Under the pieces are notes generated by a model. It was not told the origin of the DNA, ran no database searches, and was given only the letters and a program-made list of their open reading frames with translations. The translations under genes and the position numbers were made by a program. Of a stretch of 58,605 bases of DNA, positions 41,065-49,347 are shown one piece after another. Every line of letters begins with the position of its first letter. Position 1 is the first letter of the stretch. Location of the stretch: the NCBI GenBank assembly GCA_049699715.1, contig JBNAVB010000003.1, positions 1 through 58,605 on the forward strand. Direction: 5' to 3'. Source of the stretch: Candidatus Pacearchaeota archaeon (lineage in GTDB: Archaea; Nanobdellota; Nanobdellia; Pacearchaeales; UBA284).

Positions 41065-42627
41065 TTAACTAAAGTCCATAATGTTTACTTTTCCTGTTTT
41101 TAAATTTAATATCGGAACCTTGCAGGGGTCTGGCTCGTGGCCGAATTTCTCTTGATATGCTGTCTTGCTTTGCCAGCATGAACATGAAATTGTCAAGATA
41201 TTGTTGTAATGCGAAACAGCGCTCTTATGGATATGACCCGTGACGAAAATGTCTGGAATGATTCTTAATACAAGGTAATCCTTTTCCGAGGGGTAATAAG
41301 TTGTTGAAGTATGAGAAGGCGCTAGATGTCTTTTGTTCAGCAAAAAGTGGCTTATCATATCTGGCTTAAACTTCGCATTATTGAGTCTTAAACTATCCAC
41401 AGCATCTCCGTAATAATCAAAGGAGTCTCCATGATACATCAATACATCAAATCCTTGAAAGTCTTTTGTTTGTCCTATCCTTATCACTGACGGATTAACT
41501 GTCAATAACACATTGTCCATCTGATGGAGCTCTGGCGCGAACTCCTTGGAAATTTTTGGCTGTGGTTCTATTTGCCTAACAGCATCATGTTTACCGCCGG
41601 CGCACATTATTATCGTAACATCTTTACGGATTCTTCCGAGATATTCAGCCAACAACTTGTATTGTTCCCTAACATCCTTTATCAGAAGCTCTTTCTCTTG
41701 TTTAGGATATACGCCGACACCATCGACAGTGTCTCCTACAATGAAGAGATATTTTATCTTCTTTGCAATCTCGCGCTGGTGTTCAGAGCCGACATTTCCA
41801 TTCAGCCAATCTATGAATTTGAGAAAATTCTGCTCTAGAAACTTCGCAGAACCTATATGAATGTCTGCTGTAAATGCCACAAGCTCCTCTTTTGGAGAGA
41901 ATTTTTTTTCTTTTGCAAGATTGGGAAAAATAACATCGTTGGCGAACATTATTTCTCGAGAACCAGCGCCTGTAACCGCAATTACTTCATCTAAAACAAT
42001 ATTTTGCGCTTTTTCAAACAGTTCGGTTTTGTCTTTGTGGATAATTATGGGGATTCTACTAGTCATATCCTCGAGCTCTATAAGCATATTTTTATTTTTT
42101 GTGTAGCGGATGTCGTAAACCAACCCTATCACAGAAAGTATTCTTCTTTGATTTGATATTTTTCCTATACTGCTTAACCCAACAAGATCACGCTCCTGCA
42201 AACAATTTTTTAGTACAAAGTATCTGTCGCGGAAATACTGCACAAAATCCTCTACAGTTATCTTCTTCGCAGGAAATTCATGCGAATCTATGACAATGGC
42301 ATTCCGCCTGCGGTCAAATTGGATTGTTCTTGCGGGTTTTTCCTCAATTTCTTTTTTTACTTCGATTGAGAAATATGCTTTGATCCGTTCCATCTGGTTT
42401 TTGTCCACTTTTCCGAAATTTCCGGACTCCAAATTCCCAACAATCTCAAATATGTTTTTGTAGATCAGGTTTTTTGTTATCAGTTTTGGTGGATTAAATT
42501 TCAAAAGCAGATTTGTCATAGGAATTTCTGAAAAAATGTCCCTTAAAAGCTGAGCTACTTCTTGCTCTACGAGATATCCCTGAGACAATAACAGAGTAAC
42601 ATCTTCTCTCATTTTTATATCTTTCAA
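41065..42627 (-). CDS. polB: DNA polymerase D small subunit DP1
   Basis: OB fold plus phosphoesterase DIHIG, GDTVDG, YHG, HLAP, GHIH. Confidence 0.95.
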   Translation of the reverse strand: MKDIKMREDVTLLLSQGYLVEQEVAQLLRDIFSEIPMTNLLLKFNPPKLITKNLIYKNIFEIVGNLESGNFGKVDKNQMERIKAYFSIEVKKEIEEKPARTIQFDRRRNAIVIDSHEFPAKKITVEDFVQYFRDRYFVLKNCLQERDLVGLSSIGKISNQRRILSVIGLVYDIRYTKNKNMLIELEDMTSRIPIIIHKDKTELFEKAQNIVLDEVIAVTGAGSREIMFANDVIFPNLAKEKKFSPKEELVAFTADIHIGSAKFLEQNFLKFIDWLNGNVGSEHQREIAKKIKYLFIVGDTVDGVGVYPKQEKELLIKDVREQYKLLAEYLGRIRKDVTIIMCAGGKHDAVRQIEPQPKISKEFAPELHQMDNVLLTVNPSVIRIGQTKDFQGFDVLMYHGDSFDYYGDAVDSLRLNNAKFKPDMISHFLLNKRHLAPSHTSTTYYPSEKDYLVLRIIPDIFVTGHIHKSAVSHYNNILTISCSCWQSKTAYQEKFGHEPDPCKVPILNLKTGKVNIMDFS

Positions 42628-42666
42628 TTTACGTTATGGCCAACCTTTTGTATTAATTTACATTAA

Positions 42667-44010
42667 TTAGAGACTGAGTGCGTTGTTCAAAACAGCGTGG
42701 ATTCTCTCGACCATCATTATAGGAAGGTCAACTCTTATCTCTCTCGTTCGGCCATAACGCCCCTTGCTTATAACTTTGGCATTGATTATTCCTTGCATAT
42801 CAAACTGCACGATAATGTCACTCACTCGCCTTTGCGTCAGATAATCTACTTTAAATTTTTTGCAAAGCTCACGATAAAGATTATAAACATCACCTGTAAA
42901 CAAAGGCTCGTTTCTCCTATCGCGGAAATTTTTCTTGAAAAGTTCAATGATTGCCATTAAGACAAGTTGGAATTGTTTTGGATGCGTTTCCACAGCCATT
43001 AAAATTTTGTCTGCCTCAATTTTTTCGTTGGCTTTATCAATATAATCTAATGTTATTTTGTTTTTGCCGTCTCTTTCAACTAGCTCTCCCGCAATTCTCA
43101 GCAAATCCAGCGCTCTTCTCGCGTCGCCATGCTCCCTAGCAGCGTAAGCCGCACATTTTTCTATGACTCCTTCTCCGATTACGCCTGATTTAAAAGCCTC
43201 TTTCGCTCTTTCTTTGAGGATGTCTTGGAGCTGCAATGCATTGTAGGGAGGGAATAAAATCTCTTCTTCGCTCAAAGAACTTTTGACTCTTGGATCTAAA
43301 GAATCGAGAAACTTTAAATCGTTGGATATACCGACAATGCTTATTTGTGCATTGTTCAGTTCATTGTTGATTCTCGTGAAATTGTACAAGAACTCATCCC
43401 CTATTCTTGCGACTGCTTGATCAATCTCGTCAAAGACAACAATCAACACCTGTTTCTTGTCGTCAATCAAGTTTACAAATCTGTGATAAAGCTGATCTGT
43501 GGGCAATCCTGTAGCGGGAACCTTATCTCCCAATTTTTTAATTAGCTCTGCCAAAATCCTATATTCTGTATCTGCTACTTTTTTCAACTTGCAATTAACA
43601 TATGGAATTAATAAAGTTATGTTTTGTTCCTGGGCTTTTTTCTGAAGTTGTTTTTTGATATATTGCATCACAAGTGTTTTGCCGGTGCCGGTCAACCCAT
43701 AAATAAAAAGATTGCTTGGCTTCTCTAACCTTAAGCTAGGGGCAACTATCGCGGCTACTTGGCTCACTTGCTTGTCCCTGTGTGGGATATTTTCCGGGGT
43801 GTAATTAGTCTGTAAAATTATTTTATTCTTGAAAATTGTCTGTTTGATAAAGGAATCAAAAATTTTATTGATGTCTCGCGGATCTCTTTCTTTACCAACT
43901 TTGCCATTACTTTTTCCCTTCCTATCCCCCTCCTTATTTTCTCTCTTTTCCATCCTTTCCTCGTTTTTTTGTAATTTATCGTCGTGCTTAGGCAAACGCC
44001 ACCACACCAT
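42667..44010 (-). CDS. cdc6: Orc1/Cdc6 replication initiator (true start possibly 43953)
   Basis: GLTGTGKT, DEID, LDPRVKS, HGDARRALD, GRYGRT. Confidence 0.97.
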   Translation of the reverse strand: MVWWRLPKHDDKLQKNEERMEKRENKEGDRKGKSNGKVGKERDPRDINKIFDSFIKQTIFKNKIILQTNYTPENIPHRDKQVSQVAAIVAPSLRLEKPSNLFIYGLTGTGKTLVMQYIKKQLQKKAQEQNITLLIPYVNCKLKKVADTEYRILAELIKKLGDKVPATGLPTDQLYHRFVNLIDDKKQVLIVVFDEIDQAVARIGDEFLYNFTRINNELNNAQISIVGISNDLKFLDSLDPRVKSSLSEEEILFPPYNALQLQDILKERAKEAFKSGVIGEGVIEKCAAYAAREHGDARRALDLLRIAGELVERDGKNKITLDYIDKANEKIEADKILMAVETHPKQFQLVLMAIIELFKKNFRDRRNEPLFTGDVYNLYRELCKKFKVDYLTQRRVSDIIVQFDMQGIINAKVISKGRYGRTREIRVDLPIMMVERIHAVLNNALSL

Positions 44011-44452
44011 TATTTCTAATGGAAAATGTTATGTGGCTTTTAGTTTAAAAATCTTTGTCCTCACGAAACAATAACAAAACCCTTATTGCGCATGGAATTC
44101 TTGTTTTTTAGTTTAGTAAAAAATTTATAGGTCTTTTATAATCTTGTTTTTTTAACCTTCTTGAGCAAGAATAAAATGTAACGAAAATGGAATATATACT
44201 AGGTTATAATAAAATGTAATGAAAATATTATATAAATTATACCTTAATTGGGCGGGTGTAATAATATCTTATACTAAACAAATTAATATATACACTATAA
44301 TATATAAAATTATAACATACACATACACTATAAAATTATAAAAAATATATACTACACTATACAAAAATTTATAAATGAAAAGTAATAAACCGAAAATCTC
44401 GTTGGTATTTAAAGCCTAATGAAATTTTCCATATGCAACAGGAGGGTAGGGG
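43998..44452. other. Replication origin oriC (ORBs plus AT-rich DUE)
   Basis: ORB-like TTCCATTAGAAATAATGGTGTGG (minus, ~44000-44024), TTCCATGCGCAATAAGGG (minus, 44080-44097) and TTCCATATGCAACAGGAGGG (plus, 44427-44446) flank a very AT-rich segment upstream of cdc6. Confidence 0.85.
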
Positions 44453-44599
44453 TATAAGAGCATAATTAAATAAACAATAACCCTAAAAATCATTAATCTA
44501 ATAAACTAACATAAAACAATACATTTCATGATTGTTGCATAATAAAAGAGAAAAATTTATAAACAAGTCGGGGTTTTGAATTAGTAATTATCTAATAAA

Positions 44600-44860
44600 A
44601 TGGCATTAGAAAAAAGACCAGCAAAAGAGCTTGTAGGAAAGTTAGTTGTAACAAAAGAAGGTAAGCGAATCGGCATAGTGAAAGATTTGACATTTGAGAC
44701 AAGGAGCGGCGAACTTATACAACTAGTGATAACCAACGCAACATCTTACGCTTCATCTCTTAATCTAGAAAAAGGGAAAGCCGGCGAATTTCTTATCCCT
44801 TATTCTTCGATCATGGCAATAGGGGACTTTGTCGTGGTTAGCGAAGAGGACATGAGATAA
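44600..44860 (+). CDS. PRC-barrel protein (possible CdpB-like division protein)
   Basis: LVGKLVVTKEGKRIGIVKD...IPYSSIMAIGDFVVV. Confidence 0.85.
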   Translation: MALEKRPAKELVGKLVVTKEGKRIGIVKDLTFETRSGELIQLVITNATSYASSLNLEKGKAGEFLIPYSSIMAIGDFVVVSEEDMR

Positions 44861-44896
44861 GACAAATTCTACTCCACTTTTGTTGCATTTTGAAAA

Positions 44897-45343
44897 ATGG
44901 TAGTCATTGGTTTTAATCTGAAAAAAATTCTCGTTGAAAGGAAAACTTTAGTCAGAGGCGAAGTTAAAGTTAACACAAAAATGAATATTATTGATGTCAA
45001 GAAAGAGGACATCAAACTGACAGCCGGCAAAGATGTTATAAATTTTGATTTTGAATTTGCTGTAAATTACACAGGTATAGCTAATCACACAGGCCCCGTT
45101 GCCGATATTCTCTTCGAAGGCAACGTTCTATATCTCGTAGACCCTAAAGATACAAAAAAAATTCTTGATGACTGGAAAAGGAAAGAGATAGAAGAAGAAG
45201 TCAAGCTCAAGGTTCTAAACACAATACTAGCGAAATGCAATCTTAAAGCATTGGTTCTAGAAGAAGAATTGGGATTGCCCGCGCACCTGCCTATGCCGAG
45301 ATTCGGTGGCAAAAAAGGCAAAGAAAAAGAATCAAAAAAGTAA
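44897..45343 (+). CDS. Hypothetical archaeal protein
   Basis: Globular beta-rich ORF ending LPAHLPMP. Confidence 0.75.
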   Translation: MVVIGFNLKKILVERKTLVRGEVKVNTKMNIIDVKKEDIKLTAGKDVINFDFEFAVNYTGIANHTGPVADILFEGNVLYLVDPKDTKKILDDWKRKEIEEEVKLKVLNTILAKCNLKALVLEEELGLPAHLPMPRFGGKKGKEKESKK

Positions 45344-45363
45344 AAGAAAAGTCAGAGTTTAAA

Positions 45364-45486
45364 CGCCAGGAGGAGGATTCGAACCTCCAAGTCCGTAAGG
45401 ACATCGGTTATCTAGTTTTCTTTTTGCCTAAAGATTTTTTAAATCTTTATTTCGAGACCGACGCATTACCATTCTGCCATCCTGGC
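45364..45486 (-). tRNA. tRNA-Ser(CGA) with 41-nt intron at 37/38 (45410-45450)
   Basis: GCCAGGA/TCCTGGC, G73, long variable arm, anticodon stem TCGGT/ACCGA split by intron. Confidence 0.9.
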
Positions 45487-45526
45487 AAAGGACAAGATAT
45501 TTAAATATTACCTTATTAAAAAGCTT

Positions 45527-46249
45527 ATGGCTAAGACAAGTTTAATAACAATCTTCATGATAACAACCCTATTGATTTTAACATTGGCAGTTATTGGGGC
45601 CGGTTGTAGCCAGCAAGAACAAAGGCAGCAACAAGGGCAAGAACAGCAAGAACAACAACAGGATCATCAACAACCATCGATACTTTTCTCAGATGATTTC
45701 AACACAGAACAGTCTGGGGCGATTCCATCGAAATGGACTATTGTAACAAAAGAAGGTTTGTTAGCCTCGGTAAAAGGAACAACCCAATCTAATGACATAT
45801 TTGGGATGGTCCTCGAGCTTAAAGGAAGATTTATAAAAACAGGCGGTGCGAACTGGCAAGACTACACTATCGAGACTGAGTTTAAAATATTCAATGCCGG
45901 CGAACACACTGGCCCAGAGATTCTGTTCAGGCTCCAGGACGACAATAACTACTATTTATTCTCGACAGAAACCCAACCGACAGGAACGAACTATATTCTT
46001 TACAAAGTAGCCGATAAGCAACAATTTGAGTTGAAACAAAGGGCTCAGAACAAGAGAATAGACGATGAAAAGTGGCACAAGATAAAACTGAACATCCGAG
46101 GAAATGATTTTTCAGCAGAAATAGATGGTGAGAATGTCATGACCACAACCTTCGATGGAACTTTCAACTCAGGAGGGATCGGATTAATGTCTCACCCCTT
46201 TAGCGACATCTATTTTGACAACATAGTTGTTATTGGAACCACAACATAA
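45527..46249 (+). CDS. Lipoprotein with DUF1080/ConA-like beta-sandwich domain
   Basis: Lipobox GAGC, Gln-rich linker, FSDDFN...WQDY...WHKIKL...GGIGL...FDNIVV. Confidence 0.75.
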   Translation: MAKTSLITIFMITTLLILTLAVIGAGCSQQEQRQQQGQEQQEQQQDHQQPSILFSDDFNTEQSGAIPSKWTIVTKEGLLASVKGTTQSNDIFGMVLELKGRFIKTGGANWQDYTIETEFKIFNAGEHTGPEILFRLQDDNNYYLFSTETQPTGTNYILYKVADKQQFELKQRAQNKRIDDEKWHKIKLNIRGNDFSAEIDGENVMTTTFDGTFNSGGIGLMSHPFSDIYFDNIVVIGTTT

Positions 46250-46337
46250 AAGAACATAAAAGACTACAGCATAAATTTCCACATAAATCTCTATTTCTTT
46301 GTTTTTTCTAATATAAGGATTATTTCTGTCAATTATT

Positions 46338-46970
46338 TTAAATTTTTTGTTTTATATCACCCAATTGCCATAATATAAAATCGAGCATTTTTACATCGCC
46401 AATCTCTACTCCCAATCTTTCTTTAAAATCTTTAATAATTTCTTTTATCTCTTGGCTTGCAAAAATTTTATTAAACTTCTTTTTAAGCAAATTATACACC
46501 GCTACTCTGTCGTCTATCCTTTCGTTGATATCTCTAATGTTATAATCCAATTTAATATTAAAAATTTTAGCTACTCTACTATCATAAATTGGTTGATTAT
46601 TGTCAACGGTATGGATTAATTTAGAAGCAAAACTTAATAATACCACGGGTTTACCATTTAATCTTGGAATTTTAGACAACTCAATAAGAACTTTTTTAAT
46701 ATCCGTTTCTCCTCTTTGTAACAACTCAAAATATCTATCAATTAGTTTTTCTCCAAGGCCTCCTCTATTCAAAACATAAAACTTTCTATAAACTTTTTTA
46801 AACTTATCATTATTAACTACATTACCAGTTTTAAATTCGGTTAAAATACAATTATAATCGTTGAAAAATTTTTTGTTTTTAAATTTATTAAAAATCTCCT
46901 CTTTATGCTTTTTAATTAAACTTATTATATCCTTTGTCTCCATTTGTTGGCTAATATTAAATTTTCTCAA
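46338..46970 (-). CDS. Hypothetical protein, very AT-rich
   Basis: 210-aa ORF (SFASKLIHT...PIYDS); start may be the later METKD. Confidence 0.65.
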   Translation of the reverse strand: MRKFNISQQMETKDIISLIKKHKEEIFNKFKNKKFFNDYNCILTEFKTGNVVNNDKFKKVYRKFYVLNRGGLGEKLIDRYFELLQRGETDIKKVLIELSKIPRLNGKPVVLLSFASKLIHTVDNNQPIYDSRVAKIFNIKLDYNIRDINERIDDRVAVYNLLKKKFNKIFASQEIKEIIKDFKERLGVEIGDVKMLDFILWQLGDIKQKI

Positions 46971-47092
46971 CTTCGGTCTAAATTTTGATTATTTCTTTCT
47001 CTAACTTTAAGAGGTTTAAATATATCAAATTTAATTCTCGCTTTATTAGTAATATCAATGCCCCCTTCTCTCTGTTTTTTTCTTTGTTATTT

Positions 47093-47827
47093 CTATTTTA
47101 TATTTTTCAACTTACCAAAGTTATAAACTTTGCCTTTCTCGTCCAAAACATAAACCTCAAAGTTCTTGATTGCGCGCTCTTCCAGGAACGGCGATAAGAG
47201 TTTCTCACATTTCACATCAGAACCTTCATAAACTGAGAAGAATGAGGGCAGGACAACAAGACTCTTGTCATGCCACTTGCCTTTTAGAAAACATTTATAT
47301 ATTTCTTGCTTGACACCCTCGCGAATCGACACAGCAGGATGCTCATGAGCAATAATTATTGTTTTGATTTTCTTTGCATAGATCTCCTTATCCAAAAGAA
47401 TTTTGTGGCCATGCAATATCGCGATATCATTAACAATATAAAAATTCCTTACAGTCAAATTCTTTTTCTTAGCAATTGGCTCAAGAATTGTGTCGTGATT
47501 TCCTTTAATCAGCACAACCTTTGCTTTTTTCAATAAAATGTCAAGAATCTCAAGAGTCTCGAACCATTCTTGCCTCGAGATTTCACCAAATTCGTGTTTC
47601 AAGTCGCCATTAATTACAACAATCTTTGGCTTTAACTTCAACAGCTCTAGAATTTCCTTTTTTATCTTGCTAAAAGTTACCTTTGGAACTAAAACCCCCT
47701 CTTCAATTAAAGCTTCTTCATAGCCAATATGTAAATCCCCAATGATTAACACTTTCTGTCTCGAGAGCCACAATGCTTTATTCTTTATCTCAATTCCTTT
47801 CAAAATTTCCATCTTTAATGTTTCCAT
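47093..47827 (-). CDS. Metallophosphoesterase (Lhr-associated type)
   Basis: DLHIG, NGDLKH, GNHD, HGH, HEHP. Confidence 0.9.
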   Translation of the reverse strand: METLKMEILKGIEIKNKALWLSRQKVLIIGDLHIGYEEALIEEGVLVPKVTFSKIKKEILELLKLKPKIVVINGDLKHEFGEISRQEWFETLEILDILLKKAKVVLIKGNHDTILEPIAKKKNLTVRNFYIVNDIAILHGHKILLDKEIYAKKIKTIIIAHEHPAVSIREGVKQEIYKCFLKGKWHDKSLVVLPSFFSVYEGSDVKCEKLLSPFLEERAIKNFEVYVLDEKGKVYNFGKLKNIK

Positions 47828-47829
47828 AT

Positions 47830-48060
47830 TTAACGAAGAGCACTTAAATTTAAATAATTTTCATCGAAACTTTCATTCGAATTTTGTTGTGAGTCTGTTG
47901 TGGGTCTGGCTGGCGAAGAAGTAAGGACATATGGGTAGACCACGGACATCGCCGGCATCGCCAGAGAGCTGTCAAAAGAATTTAAAACACAGGACATAGA
48001 AGCTAAAATTAAACCACAGACACAAGAAACAAGACATAACAAACAAAGCCAAAAATCCAT
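47830..48060 (-). CDS. Small hypothetical protein
   Basis: 76-aa ORF with Cys-rich hydrophobic N-terminus. Confidence 0.35.
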   Translation of the reverse strand: MDFWLCLLCLVSCVCGLILASMSCVLNSFDSSLAMPAMSVVYPYVLTSSPARPTTDSQQNSNESFDENYLNLSALR

Positions 48061-48279
48061 TTACTCGCCACTAAAATTTCTTGCTTATATATTTGAGAAA
48101 GACTAACAAAAAGGCTGGCAGATTGGGCAGAAGATTGGGCAAACAAATAGTAGTTGAAGAATGGATGACAAAAAATAGATGATAAATAAATTAAATAAAA
48201 TCACGTGCGAGTTTGCGCAACCACAAAAAGGTTATGCATAATTCATGCAATGCTTCGCAAGAATCAAGAATTCATGATC

Positions 48280-48422
48280 CTATGACAATAGGATAGGCGG
48301 CTCTAATGTAGAAAGTAGCCATAAGGCTGTAAAACTGATTAGAGCGCCCCATCCAATTAAACAAACCACGACTTCACGACTTGTCATAGTGCGGCCTTGA
48401 CCGCGAATAAGCGTATGTCGTG
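48280..48422 (+). ncRNA. IS110-family left end with bridge-RNA-like double internal-loop structure; recombinase absent
   Basis: Two stem-internal loop-stem-loop modules; loop 2 strand TTGTCATAG is the reverse complement of the element start CTATGACAA; followed by GGAGGTGA RBS and a 5-codon ORF. Confidence 0.6.
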
Positions 48423-48684
48423 CAAAATAAAAATGTATTTGAACTATAAAAAACTATAAAAGTTTTATGGAGGTGAAGAAATGAAAGAGTTCTTATAAGC
48501 AAGTTAACAGAACCGTCGGAAGAAAAATTCAAATGTTCATCTACTCTTGTTAATTCTTGAAATTTGCAAAAACCGCTTTCCTTAATTTCCCTTGATAATA
48601 GAGATAAAAATAGAAATTCCAGAAGGATTCAGGAAGAGAAACAAAACTTCCACATATACATTCTTTTTGAAGAATTCAATCTTA

Positions 48685-49017
48685 TTACTGAATTTCTATT
48701 TCTAACTTATTTTTTCCTACTGGATAAATCAAAACAGGCCCCTCTTTTTTTAAGTGCATGGCTTCTGAAATTTTTTTTGGTATTCTTATAATAAGCGAAT
48801 TCCCACTATAGCTTATTTTACTCTCCTTGCTTAAACCAAAAATGCCTTTTTCCTTTTCAATTTTTTCTATTTTTCTTGCTGTCAGCTCATCAAACCACTG
48901 TTCTTTGCATTTGACACAAACCATTGCAGGAAATCTCCCAAGTTCAATCCCATAGGTGCTATAAGCCACAACTTTCTTGACAAGTTTTCCATCGCATAAA
49001 ACGCATTTTTTTATCAT
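48685..49017 (-). CDS. YgiT-type Zn finger plus AbrB/MazE-like domain protein (antitoxin-like)
   Basis: CVLC...CVKC, then SGNSLIIRIPKKI; start set at MIKKC. Confidence 0.8.
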   Translation of the reverse strand: MIKKCVLCDGKLVKKVVAYSTYGIELGRFPAMVCVKCKEQWFDELTARKIEKIEKEKGIFGLSKESKISYSGNSLIIRIPKKISEAMHLKKEGPVLIYPVGKNKLEIEIQ

Positions 49018-49025
49018 TTTATCAT

Positions 49026-49206
49026 TACATAAGTCGCAGGATACCTCTATTTTCAAATAGAGGAGGAATGCGACCCTCCAATAAATTTAATTTCTTCAAT
49101 ATTTTAGCATGAAAGAGGGCTGATGTTGCCCCCCTATTGCTCAATCAAAAGGTATACGTTGATGCCTTGCTCATAATGCTGCGACCTTTAGGTCGCAGTA
49201 GTTTAT
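49026..49206 (+). mobile_element. Complete non-autonomous IS200/IS605-type element
   Basis: Follows TCAT; LE hairpin cctctatt-ttca-aatagagg, RE hairpin ctgcgacc-ttta-ggtcgcag-tagtttat; shares gaaagagggctgatgttgccc with the 1417 and 8618 copies. Confidence 0.85.
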
Positions 49207-49330
49207 TTTTCAATTTTTTAAATACAACTTTAATATGTTTATAAATTGAAACAATTTTATCATTTTTTTGAAAGCTTTTTGCTCCACATCTTATTGTTTC
49301 TTCAGTCTCATTAATCTCTTTCTGTTTTTT
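49207..49330 (-). pseudogene. Possible toxin gene remnant (DUF4258-like)
   Basis: Start-less frame EETIRCGAKSFQKNDKIVSIYKHIKVVFKKLK directly upstream of the antitoxin-like gene. Confidence 0.3.
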
Positions 49331-49347
49331 TATCTTCTTTTATCTTC

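Noticed and set aside
49018-49056. N-terminal extension of the antitoxin ORF
   Set aside because: Mostly read from the inserted element's hairpin
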